NCBI GenBank assembly: GCA_947372795.1
Contig: CANBVC010000001.1
Span: 1-51,950, forward strand
Direction: 5' to 3'
Source: Beijerinckiaceae bacterium
GTDB lineage: Bacteria; Pseudomonadota; Alphaproteobacteria; Rhizobiales; Beijerinckiaceae
Length of the DNA: 51,950 bases
In this document: piece by piece, positions 1-8,416 of the stretch
Layout of the letters: each line of letters opens with the position of its first letter
Position numbering within the stretch: the stretch's first letter is position 1
Made by a program: the position numbers and the translations under genes
The notes under the pieces: model-generated
The model's input: only the letters and a program-made list of their open reading frames with translations
Told to the model about the DNA's origin: nothing
The model's database searches: none

Positions 1-2840
1 ATGCCAGTCGCAATGGTCGGTTCAGTATAGTCGATGGGGTCAAGACCACCATCAGAGCCACGTGTAGTCTGCTTGATGGTGGCAAGACTGCTGATCTCGC
101 CATCGTGTAAATACGTAAAGATGTATTCATTTGAGGAAACGTCGACGGATGCATCGATAATGGAAGGTTTGATCAGGTCAAATGCGGTTGCCCTTGCTGT
201 AGCTGCCGCGGTGTCTGCCGTAGCGGCTGCCGTAGTAGCAGCCTCAGACGCAGCCAACTTATCGGCAGCAGTTTGCTTCGCTGTATCATATGCTGCCTGC
301 GCAGCGGTAATAGCCGCTGTGTCTGTTCCCAAGTTCGCAGTAGTTAAAGCTGCTAATTTATCTGCCGCGTCTGTATCCGCAGTTGCCAAATCGCTAGCAG
401 CCGTTGTTGCTGCTGCCTCAGCATTCACTGCCGCGGCGGCCGCTTCTGCTGCGGCAGTAGCAGCTGCCTTAGCCGCAAGTGCTGCTGGCGTTGTATCACT
501 TGATGTCTTTGCGGCCAAGAATGCAGCTTTAATTGTGTCTTCGTTATATTTAAGAATCTTTTTATTGATCTCGGCCTTGAGCACATCCTGCCGATCTTTT
601 GTGGACATTGGTGGAGTGTTGCTAGGAATCGTCAATGGACCAATGTCCAGCTTGACGGTGTCGGAGTCAGCGCCAGACGGCTGCATTTCCAGCTTGAATG
701 TATCTCCATCCATTATTTTACCGAAAAGCTTCAAGCTTTGCTTTTCAGGCGAGGTGGTGGAGCCCGTGAGGATTTGCTTTTGTTCACCAAAGGTGACGGG
801 CAGCGCCTGTTCGATGCCTGCGAAGAATGTATCTGGGGTCGAACCTGCTGGGTATTCATAGGTGAGTTGACGCCCATTCACCTCAAGGGTCACGTTTCCA
901 CCGTCACTGAAGGGTAAGGCGTCAAGATTAAAGCTGTCCACCTGACGCTTCACGTCGGCTGGGGTCGCAAGCTGAGCCCTGCCGACCGTGATCGAAGAAG
1001 CCTCGCCCGTGGAGCCTGACGAGAACTGGAATTGGTGGGTGTCCTTGTTGTAGACGACATTGATGCCAGTGCGCTGTTCGCGAGGATCGACGATGGGGTC
1101 TCCGCCAGGAAGTGCGGCGACACCTGTCCACAGCGTATTGGTGCGGATGAGAACGTCGGGGCTTCTGGTCTTGGGCGGAATGCCAAGATCGTTCGTCACG
1201 TCGGTTGGATTGAAGACCTGAATGCTGTTGAAACGGCTAGCAGGCTCGGTAGCGTCTGGGCCGAGCTGACCAGGCGTGACAGTAAAGGTCAATGCGCGTG
1301 TCGAGACATCATAACCCACCTTGATCGGCGGCGTGCTGAGGTTGTAGGGCCAGTTCGCGGGCTTGGCGAATTCAAGATGGCGCTTGTTCAAAGCGTCATT
1401 GAGCTTCGACTGGGCGGTTGCGACGAGTTGATCGCGCGTCAGTTGCAGCTTTGTTTCACCAGCGTTAGCGCCGTTGGCGGGCGGGGTTCCATCTGCGCCG
1501 GCCGCGCCAAGAAGATCAATCTCAATTGGATTGGTCATGGAGCTGGTGGACCCATCTTCCTTCAGTCGTGAAAGATTGATCTGCAGTATGTCGTTGCCGT
1601 TTACGACTGTGCCGCCGCTCCTGCGGTAGGTGTCGGTGATGCTGAAGTAATGGGCGCCACCAAACTTTGCATTCACTGCGCGCGTCAGTTCAGCCGCCAG
1701 CTGGGTGCCGGTGTAGGATCCTGCGTTGATGCTGACTGACTGCGGCGCCGATCCGTCGACAATCACCGAGAACATGTCCACGCCCCAGTAAGGCGGGTTT
1801 GAGCCCGACGCTGACTGGTTGCCGCTTTCGCGGGTCGTATCATAGAGGGCAGGGTCGGTGATGATGTTGACCTTGTTGGCGTCTGTGTCGCCAAAGTCGA
1901 AGCCGGTCGCCTTGATGATGCCACCCACGATAGATGCGGCGGTTGAGTCCGTTTTGTTCGTCTGGTCGTCCTGCTTGTACAGGGGATGCGCGGCCGCTGC
2001 GTTGAAGGTCGGGTCGACACCCTGGGGATCGGTGGTGATCTGACCGAACTTGTTCGTGTAGTAGGTCTTGCTCTGATCATCCTTCGCGGTGATCAACTGT
2101 GGCGTAACTTCGCGATCGCCCACGAACACGTGCGTTTGCCACTTGTTGGTGGGCGAGGCCTCGGTCGCGTTGCTCGTCTTCACATAATAGATGGTCGCGA
2201 TGGTCGAGTTGCCAAGCGAGTCATAAATCGTGATCGAGGTCGACTTGTTGTAGGTGGCGGAGTTCGTCTTGTCGAAGACGTAAGGATTGTTCGCCGTGTA
2301 GGTGCTGCTGGCGGGAATGATTTCCGCGTCAGCAGGCAGGTTCAGACCGAGCTGAATGGTCTGCGATGCTTTCGGCAAGCCTGAGGTCGTGGGCAGCTGA
2401 AGGTTCTTGGCGGAGTTGATGCCTGTCGCGATGACCGAGCCGTCGGCGTTGACCGGGAAGACCTGCAGCAGCTGGCCCTGCGCGTCGACGACATATCGAT
2501 CGTTGTTCACGCTGAAGGCGCCGTTGCGGGTGTAGACCGTCTGGGTTGAGGTCAGGCTCGGCTTGAGCGCGAAGAAGCCCTGGCCCGAGATGGCGAGATC
2601 GAGCGCGTTCAAGCTGGACTCGATGTTGCCCTGCGTGAACTGCTGCTTGATCGACTTCAAGATCGTGCCCGAGCCGATGGCGGAGCTGGCGGCCTGCAAC
2701 GGCGAGGTGGCGAAGATGTCGCCGAATTCTGCGCGCGACCGCTTGAAGCCCGTCGTGCCGACGTTGGCGATGTTGTTCGAGATGGCTGCGATGTCAGCTT
2801 GTGCGCCGTTGAGGCCGGTGAGCGAGGTATAAAATGACAT
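1..2840 (-). CDS. flgE: Giant flagellar hook protein FlgE (partial, C-terminus beyond left edge; >946 aa)
   Basis: Manual translation from ATG at 2840: MSFYTSLTGLNGAQADIAAISNNIANVGTTGFKRSRAEFGDIF...DLAISGQGFF...YTRNGAF...SITIYDSLGN (FlgE motifs). I found no stop in this frame down to base 3. Follows flgB-C-D. Absent from the ORF track because it has no stop in the window. Confidence 0.92.
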   Translation of the reverse strand, partial: MSFYTSLTGLNGAQADIAAISNNIANVGTTGFKRSRAEFGDIFATSPLQAASSAIGSGTILKSIKQQFTQGNIESSLNALDLAISGQGFFALKPSLTSTQTVYTRNGAFSVNNDRYVVDAQGQLLQVFPVNADGSVIATGINSAKNLQLPTTSGLPKASQTIQLGLNLPADAEIIPASSTYTANNPYVFDKTNSATYNKSTSITIYDSLGNSTIATIYYVKTSNATEASPTNKWQTHVFVGDREVTPQLITAKDDQSKTYYTNKFGQITTDPQGVDPTFNAAAAHPLYKQDDQTNKTDSTAASIVGGIIKATGFDFGDTDANKVNIITDPALYDTTRESGNQSASGSNPPYWGVDMFSVIVDGSAPQSVSINAGSYTGTQLAAELTRAVNAKFGGAHYFSITDTYRRSGGTVVNGNDILQINLSRLKEDGSTSSMTNPIEIDLLGAAGADGTPPANGANAGETKLQLTRDQLVATAQSKLNDALNKRHLEFAKPANWPYNLSTPPIKVGYDVSTRALTFTVTPGQLGPDATEPASRFNSIQVFNPTDVTNDLGIPPKTRSPDVLIRTNTLWTGVAALPGGDPIVDPREQRTGINVVYNKDTHQFQFSSGSTGEASSITVGRAQLATPADVKRQVDSFNLDALPFSDGGNVTLEVNGRQLTYEYPAGSTPDTFFAGIEQALPVTFGEQKQILTGSTTSPEKQSLKLFGKIMDGDTFKLEMQPSGADSDTVKLDIGPLTIPSNTPPMSTKDRQDVLKAEINKKILKYNEDTIKAAFLAAKTSSDTTPAALAAKAAATAAAEAAAAAVNAEAAATTAASDLATADTDAADKLAALTTANLGTDTAAITAAQAAYDTAKQTAADKLAASEAATTAAATADTAAATARATAFDLIKPSIIDASVDVSSNEYIFTYLHDGEISSLATIKQTTRGSDGGLDPIDYTEPTIATG

Positions 2841-2890
2841 GGTGTGTTTCCCGCGTGGAGCTGGTCTGGTTGCTGCTGTTCGCTAGCGGT

Positions 2891-3607
2891 TCAGTATTTG
2901 AATGCGCGTATGTCGGACATCTTGACGACGCCGACGCCAGCCACCCTCAGGGTCTGGGCTTCGCCGCTGCCCGGCACGGGGGCTTCTGTTATGGGGGCGT
3001 AGACGTCAGTGGCGGGCTGTGAGGATTTTCCACCCGACATCATCGAAGCGGTGACGATGTAACGCGCTGCGTTCACGGCGACGCCGCTGTCGTCCTTGCC
3101 ATCCCACTGGAAGCCAACGAGGCCCGTCGGGTTCGCGCCAAGATCGATGCTCTTGACGAGCGCCCCCGCTTGCCCGTTAGCGGTCATAGAGCTGATCTGG
3201 AGCTGAACCGATGTAGCGTCGCTTGGCAGATCGATAGCGCCGCTGATGGCGCCGGTATCGTCGGGCATCGCTATGTTGCCGGGCACGAGAACTGTCTTGC
3301 CAATAAAGTTCGCTGCGGTCGCGATCCTGTTTTCGGAAATCTGGGTGGAGATGCTGCTCAGCGTGGAGTTCAGCTGCGTGATGCCCGACACGGTCGAGAA
3401 TTGGGCCATCTGCGCAATCATCTGATCGTTCGATTGCGGCTGGAATGGATCCTGATTTGACAGCTGTGCGGTCATAAGTTTCAGGAAGTCGCTCTGGTCG
3501 AGCTGCGTCTTATGGGGCGTCGTGGATGTAGTGGCGGCCGGCGTGGCGCCCAGCTTCTTCAACAATGAATCCAGCGTCTGTTGTGACGTTGTGCTGATAT
3601 CCGTCAT
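2891..3607 (-). CDS. flgD: Hook capping protein FlgD
   Basis: DFLKLMTAQLSNQDPFQP...AQMAQFS motif; lies between flgC and flgE. Confidence 0.96.
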   Translation of the reverse strand: MTDISTTSQQTLDSLLKKLGATPAATTSTTPHKTQLDQSDFLKLMTAQLSNQDPFQPQSNDQMIAQMAQFSTVSGITQLNSTLSSISTQISENRIATAANFIGKTVLVPGNIAMPDDTGAISGAIDLPSDATSVQLQISSMTANGQAGALVKSIDLGANPTGLVGFQWDGKDDSGVAVNAARYIVTASMMSGGKSSQPATDVYAPITEAPVPGSGEAQTLRVAGVGVVKMSDIRAFKY

Positions 3608-3613
3608 GTCTAA

Positions 3614-4030
3614 TTACTTTCCGACGCTGAGGGTTTTGAGCATGAGCGATTTAGCGGTCGCTATGACTTCGACGTTGTTCTGGTATTGCCGAGAGGCTTC
3701 CATCATCTCGACCATTTCTTCGTTGGTATCGACGTTGGTGGCGTAGATGTATCCGTCCTTGTCAGCCATCGGATGCGTCGGAGAGTAGCGCTTCTCCGGC
3801 GCGGCCTGAGACCGTTCAATGCCCACCGCCGATACCGTCGCAACGCCGGTGTTCTGCATGAAGCTCGCATATTCCGTTTCAAACACAGGGCGCATGGCGC
3901 GATAGGCCGCGTCGGAAGAGCTTGAAATCGACTGTGCGTTCGCCAGATTACTGGCCACCGCATTCAGCCGTACTTGTTGCGCTGACATGGCCCTGGCGGC
4001 GACGTCAAAGATCGTTAAGTTCGACATCAT
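3614..4030 (-). CDS. flgC: Basal-body rod protein FlgC
   Basis: RLNAVASNLANA, YSPTHPMADKDGY, EMVEMMEASRQYQNN. Confidence 0.97.
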   Translation of the reverse strand: MMSNLTIFDVAARAMSAQQVRLNAVASNLANAQSISSSSDAAYRAMRPVFETEYASFMQNTGVATVSAVGIERSQAAPEKRYSPTHPMADKDGYIYATNVDTNEEMVEMMEASRQYQNNVEVIATAKSLMLKTLSVGK

Positions 4031-4413
4031 TCACCTCTCAAGGCGGCGCGAAGGGAGCGGATGCGGTCACCGACGAACTGGAGAGACGCCTCGTATCGCG
4101 TGCTGTTCTCGGCGAATTTAAGTTGCTCGACATGCAACTCGACCGTGTTCCCATCGAGCGAGGGCGAGAGGGGCTGCCGATAAAGCAATTCGCTCGAGCC
4201 ACCGGTGGTGGTTCCGATATGAAGGGAGTTGCTTGTGGTGAGAGCGCCCTGGCCATCGAGCGCGCGGCTATATTCAGCCGCAAAATCGATATCGCGCGCC
4301 TTGTAGTGAGGCGTGGCGGCATTTGCGATATTTGAGCCGAGCACTTCCATGCGCTGCTGTCTGAGCGACAGCGCTGTTGCGTGCGGAGCAAGATATTTGT
4401 CGATCACATTCAT
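4027..4413 (-). CDS. flgB: Basal-body rod protein FlgB
   Basis: NIANAATPHYKARDIDF, SLDGNTVELHVE. Confidence 0.97.
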   Translation of the reverse strand: MNVIDKYLAPHATALSLRQQRMEVLGSNIANAATPHYKARDIDFAAEYSRALDGQGALTTSNSLHIGTTTGGSSELLYRQPLSPSLDGNTVELHVEQLKFAENSTRYEASLQFVGDRIRSLRAALRGE

Positions 4414-4449
4414 GGCGGCGACGAGTCCTAGATGGAACTATCGTCACCT

Positions 4450-4465
4450 AGCAACCTTCGTGCCA
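4450..4465 (-). promoter_or_regulatory. Sigma54 -24/-12 promoter of the flgB operon
   Basis: Minus strand TGGCACGAAGGTTGCT matches TGGCAC-N5-TTGCW, ~37 bp before the flgB ATG. Confidence 0.9.
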
Positions 4466-4482
4466 GTTACAAAAGCAAGCCA

Positions 4483-4495
4483 AATCAAATATTTA
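4483..4495. promoter_or_regulatory. Putative IHF site
   Basis: AATCAAATATTTA matches WATCAANNNNTTR, just upstream of the flgB sigma54 site. Confidence 0.55.
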
Positions 4496-5047
4496 CTGAA
4501 CGAAATACTTCTTGATCAAAATCCGCTCGACCGGTGCGATGCCGTTCTTTGGAAAGAGGGTGGCGTTAATTGCTTGCTTGAGTTTCGCGGAGATGACCTG
4601 GCCGGCGTCTGCGGCGGTCGCCTGTTCCACGGTTAGTTCAGAGAGAATGGACATGACGAGCGCGCGCAACGGGACACGTTCTGAAGAGAGTAGGTACTCT
4701 GCATTCTCGCCTCGTTGGGTCACTAGGTCTATTTCTATGATGAGCACCCGTCCCTTGCCGGGCAGGGGGGACATGATTTCCTCGCCCAGGGATACGTAGC
4801 GCGGTTCAAATGGATTGGGCCCATCGCTAGGCTCCTGGACGACGCGCTGGGGTGGCTCTGGCCCTTTCAGCGCCTCAGCTGCGGCGGCTTTCTGGGCCTG
4901 CTGCCTTGCAAGTTGGGACGCTTCCATGTTGGCGGAAATGAAGAAGCCCACGACGACGCCCACTATGACGAGCGCCGAGATGCCTAAAGCCATCGCGAAG
5001 GGACCAGTGAGTGCGGCAATGACGGCGGCTAAGATTTTCTTGACCAT
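4493..5047 (-). CDS. fliL: Second FliL-family protein
   Basis: N-terminal TM, then YVSLGEEIMSPL...PLRALVMSILSE...LKQAINATL...VERILIKKYFVQ (FliL C-terminal pattern). Confidence 0.8.
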   Translation of the reverse strand: MVKKILAAVIAALTGPFAMALGISALVIVGVVVGFFISANMEASQLARQQAQKAAAAEALKGPEPPQRVVQEPSDGPNPFEPRYVSLGEEIMSPLPGKGRVLIIEIDLVTQRGENAEYLLSSERVPLRALVMSILSELTVEQATAADAGQVISAKLKQAINATLFPKNGIAPVERILIKKYFVQ

Positions 5048-5259
5048 TAGACCCAGCCCCCGCCGCTGCGCGGCTTCTTTGGGTCAGCTGCCATGATGCT
5101 CTTGAAGGCGGCCGCCATTGTCTGCGCGCGCGCGCTTGTTTTGCCGAGATCGTTTCGGCGCAGGATGATATCACCCGCTATGGTTTGCCGATCCATCGTG
5201 AATGCGGGGTAAAGTCTCATCAATTTTTCAAGCTCGGTGAAGAATTCCGCTTCTGTCAC
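5047..5259 (-). CDS. Hypothetical 70-aa protein
   Basis: Stop overlaps the fliL2 start; GTG start; compact operon. Confidence 0.6.
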   Translation of the reverse strand: MTEAEFFTELEKLMRLYPAFTMDRQTIAGDIILRRNDLGKTSARAQTMAAAFKSIMAADPKKPRSGGGWV

Positions 5260-5268
5260 AACCCATCC

Positions 5269-5727
5269 TCAGACCAGGAGATCAACCCGCGCACGCCTTT
5301 CAAATGGGTTCCATGGCAAGAAGGAAACGCAGGCGTAAAGAGTGCTGGCGTATTGGTGTAGGTAAAGAGGCTCGAATGATATTCGAGCCTGAAGTCGGCT
5401 GAGGGCCGGCACGGCGTCGGCAGGCGCTCCGCGCGGATTATAGATTGGACGAGACTGGTCCCAGGATCTTGAGTCAGCCGCGACGCCAGGCCCCCGGGGC
5501 ATCCAGCTGCCGACCGGCAGCTCAGGACGGGACCCCGTACGAAGATCATCATCCGTCGGCGAGCGGTAAGCGTCGCCGGAGAAGGAATTCTGCGAAGGGT
5601 CGCTGTCTTCACTGTTGAAGGTGCTCCCAGTCGGATCGACGCGAAGCGGATCATCAGTGTTAAAACCTTTGACCGGCGCGAGCAGGGACAGCGGCGCGCG
5701 GACGAGAGGTGGAAGATCGAGAGCCAT
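5269..5727 (-). CDS. Hypothetical 152-aa protein, disordered N-terminal half, ends RVDLLV
   Basis: First ORF of a tight 3-gene run ending in fliL2. Confidence 0.55.
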   Translation of the reverse strand: MALDLPPLVRAPLSLLAPVKGFNTDDPLRVDPTGSTFNSEDSDPSQNSFSGDAYRSPTDDDLRTGSRPELPVGSWMPRGPGVAADSRSWDQSRPIYNPRGAPADAVPALSRLQARISFEPLYLHQYASTLYACVSFLPWNPFERRARVDLLV

Positions 5728-5788
5728 TACACGCTACCCCGGCCCGAAAAAAGGGCGTGGTACACCGCGCCCGGACTGGGTGCAGTTT

Positions 5789-5807
5789 ATGGTTAACGAA
5801 TTATGAA
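5789..5807 (-). promoter_or_regulatory. CtrA-like box
   Basis: Minus strand TTCA-N7-TTAACCAT, ~60 bp upstream of ORF 5727. Confidence 0.55.
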
Positions 5808-5862
5808 CTCCACCTCTTTTTTAACGTTGTCCCAGCTATATCCGCTACTGATGTGTCACTGC

Positions 5863-6687
5863 TTAGCGAGTAAGTGTTTCGATTGTTGAGCGAAGCATTT
5901 CAGATCCAGTCTGAAGAGCGCGCGCATTTCCATTATACGCCTGCTGCGCCTTTATCATTTGTAACATTTCTGCTGTCATGTCGACGTTGGCGTCTTCGAC
6001 GGCCCCTTGCTGGATGGAGCCAAGGCCGTTGGTCGAGGCGCGATCAAGCAGGGCAGGGCCGGAGTCGTCCGTCTCGGAAAAAACAGATCCGCCCTGATTT
6101 TTCAGCCCATCCTCATTATTGAAATGGGCGATGGCGAGCACGCCGATGGGTGTGACCACGCCACCAGTTTTCGTAACGCTGATCACACCCTTTGTGTCGA
6201 CAGATACGGACTGGACCTGCGAGAGGTCGCCGTTTGCTGCTGCGGCGACGTTGATCGGCGCCGGCTTGCCGCCCGATAGCGCCATGAGCGGGCGTCCGGA
6301 CGAACGGTCGACGAGCTGGCCACTAGCAGTGATCTGCAACTGACCTGAGCGGCTGTAGAAGTAAGTTTGATCGCTCGATGTCGACGCGGCGGCCGATGCA
6401 GACGGCGTGTCGCCATAAGTAAAATGACCCGGGCCAACGAGGGCAAGATCGAGAGCGCTGCCTGTGGTCCTGATCGCGCCCTGTGAATCGCTTCGGCGGA
6501 CGATCTCAGTCATCGCGCCCTGGCCGATGTCGAGGCCCGGCCGATCATTTTGGCTTAAACCCACGACGTCGACAAACTGCGACGTGGAGCGTTTAAAGCC
6601 AACGGTCATAGCGTTGGCGAGGTTGTTAGAGATGACGCTAAGGTCGCGAGAGGCGGACATTACGCCTGTCAGTGCAGTCTTCATCAT
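5863..6687 (-). CDS. Stand-alone FlgE/F/G-family hook-basal body protein (FlgG-sized)
   Basis: ISNNLANAMTVGFKRS, LDLALVGPGHF, YSRSGQL, GAVEDANVDMTAEMLQMIKAQQAYNGNAR. Confidence 0.9.
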   Translation of the reverse strand: MMKTALTGVMSASRDLSVISNNLANAMTVGFKRSTSQFVDVVGLSQNDRPGLDIGQGAMTEIVRRSDSQGAIRTTGSALDLALVGPGHFTYGDTPSASAAASTSSDQTYFYSRSGQLQITASGQLVDRSSGRPLMALSGGKPAPINVAAAANGDLSQVQSVSVDTKGVISVTKTGGVVTPIGVLAIAHFNNEDGLKNQGGSVFSETDDSGPALLDRASTNGLGSIQQGAVEDANVDMTAEMLQMIKAQQAYNGNARALQTGSEMLRSTIETLTR

Positions 6688-6740
6688 CGGACAGAGCTCT
6701 CCGGCAGTCCACGTTTCGGCATTAGCGCCGTGATGAATTC

Positions 6741-6756
6741 AGCAATTCATGTGCCA
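6741..6756 (-). promoter_or_regulatory. Sigma54 promoter of the 5863-6687 paralogue
   Basis: Minus strand TGGCACATGAATTGCT. Confidence 0.9.
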
Positions 6757-6867
6757 AGTGTCATTGGCTTGAATATAAAGGAAAATTTGAAGAATTTCGT
6801 TTGTCCGGACGCGGAGTCTCGGGAATGCCGAGGCTTCGACCATTGTGCTTGCGTCAAAGTTCCAGTT

Positions 6868-7584
6868 TCAGGATTCCTGCATCCATGCGCGAAGCTGCCC
6901 CAGCGCTGCTTTCTTTAGTTGCGATACTCGGCCGACTGTGACGGAAAGGACTTCACTGATTTCTTCGAGGTTCAACTCCTCAACATAATAGAGCTGCAGC
7001 ACCAGCGCTTCACGTTCTTTGAGGCGCTTAAGATGTGTGGCGAGGGTTGCGCGCAGTTGGTCTGCGACCAGGGCGCTCTCTGGCGTATGTCCGTCGTCAG
7101 CGAACCAGACGGAGTGGTCATCATAGATTTCGTCTAGCGACTTGTTAGGGGTCGACGATGTCTTGTCGCGCCATGATTGAAATTCAGCGATGCTGATGCC
7201 GAGCTCGGCTGCCACAAGCTCGCGGTTCGCTGGGTCGCCGCCAGCCGCCTTCACGGCAAGTTCCGCAATGGTTATTTGCGTACGACGTTGCACGCCCAGA
7301 CGTGTGAGCGTCAGGTTCTTACGCAAATGGTCTGTCAGCGCGCCACGAATGCGCACCGCAGCATAGCTCGAGAAGCTCGCCTGACCCAGATCCTGAAATC
7401 GTTTGGCCGCCTCGACAAGCGCGACCATTCCGATCTGCACGAGATCATCAATTTCGAATACATCACGAACGCGTCCGTGGATCTGCCATGCGATCTTGCG
7501 AACAAGTTGCATGTGCGTGCGAACGCGTTGTTCGACTTCCCGCGGACTCGCGTTCGTCGCAGCATATGCTTGCGTGATCGTCAT
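6868..7584 (-). CDS. fliA: Flagellar sigma factor sigma28
   Basis: DDLVQIGMVALVE, FSSYAAVRIRGALTDHLR, LQLYYVEELNLEEISEVLSVTVGRVSQL. Confidence 0.96.
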   Translation of the reverse strand: MTITQAYAATNASPREVEQRVRTHMQLVRKIAWQIHGRVRDVFEIDDLVQIGMVALVEAAKRFQDLGQASFSSYAAVRIRGALTDHLRKNLTLTRLGVQRRTQITIAELAVKAAGGDPANRELVAAELGISIAEFQSWRDKTSSTPNKSLDEIYDDHSVWFADDGHTPESALVADQLRATLATHLKRLKEREALVLQLYYVEELNLEEISEVLSVTVGRVSQLKKAALGQLRAWMQES

Positions 7585-8411
7585 TGTATTGCCCCCTGCG
7601 GGACGATGGAATCTCTGGCGAAGAACATATCTTCGTCTTCATTGATGGGCGTAGCCTTCGGCCCGGCGATCATATTACCGAGGGCTTCAAGGGCCTTGGC
7701 GGCCTTCGAGTCCGGCGCGGACACAAGAGGGGGCATGCAGTTGTTGACGCTCGCGAGCAGATGGTCATCTTCGGGTATTGTCGCTGCGTGATAGAGATTG
7801 GCGGTGAGGAAGCGGTCAACGATGCCCTTGAACCGTTTGAACACATCGCGCCCATGCGCCTCATCTCGGGCGAGGTTCACCACGATGTCGAAATGCGTCA
7901 CTCGGCCAAACTGGCTCAACACCTTTATGCAGGCATAGGCGTCTATGAAGGCCGCAGGCTCGCCAACGACCACGACCAAAACGCGATTGCATGCGAAAAC
8001 AAAGTCGAGAACATTGTCTTCGATGCCTGCCGCCGTATCAACCACGAGGTAGTCGAACTCATTTGAAAGTTCGCGGAGCGAGCGAGTGATGCGATGTCGG
8101 CTTTTCGTCGACATGTTCATGAGTTCGTTCAGCCCGCTGCCGCCCGAGATGAGCTTGAGGCCCATGGGTCCATCCGTGCAGACCTGGCTGAGGGGCAGGT
8201 CGGCCTCAAGCGCGTCGACAATGGTCTGCTTCGGGCTGAGGCCCATCAATATATAGGCGTTCGAAAGGGAAAGGTCCGCATCGAACAGAACGACCCGCTT
8301 GCCCAGTTTGCAAAGCGATAGCGCCAGATTTACAGCGATATTCGTCTTACCTACGCCGCCCTTGCCGCTCGTTATGGCGATCGCCTGACCTTTTTGCATG
8401 ACTTTGGTCAT
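7581..8411 (-). CDS. flhG: MinD-like ATPase FlhG/FleN
   Basis: TSGKGGVGKT, FDADLSLSN, VDTAAGI, DAYACIK; lies between flhF and fliA. Confidence 0.93.
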   Translation of the reverse strand: MTKVMQKGQAIAITSGKGGVGKTNIAVNLALSLCKLGKRVVLFDADLSLSNAYILMGLSPKQTIVDALEADLPLSQVCTDGPMGLKLISGGSGLNELMNMSTKSRHRITRSLRELSNEFDYLVVDTAAGIEDNVLDFVFACNRVLVVVVGEPAAFIDAYACIKVLSQFGRVTHFDIVVNLARDEAHGRDVFKRFKGIVDRFLTANLYHAATIPEDDHLLASVNNCMPPLVSAPDSKAAKALEALGNMIAGPKATPINEDEDMFFARDSIVPQGAIQ

Positions 8412-8416
8412 TCCGA

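Noticed and set aside
34-861. 275-aa Ala-rich plus-strand ORF
   Set aside because: Antisense shadow of the Ala-rich part of the giant flgE
928-2832. Many short ORFs in an apparent gene desert
   Set aside because: All overlap the continuous flgE frame on the minus strand
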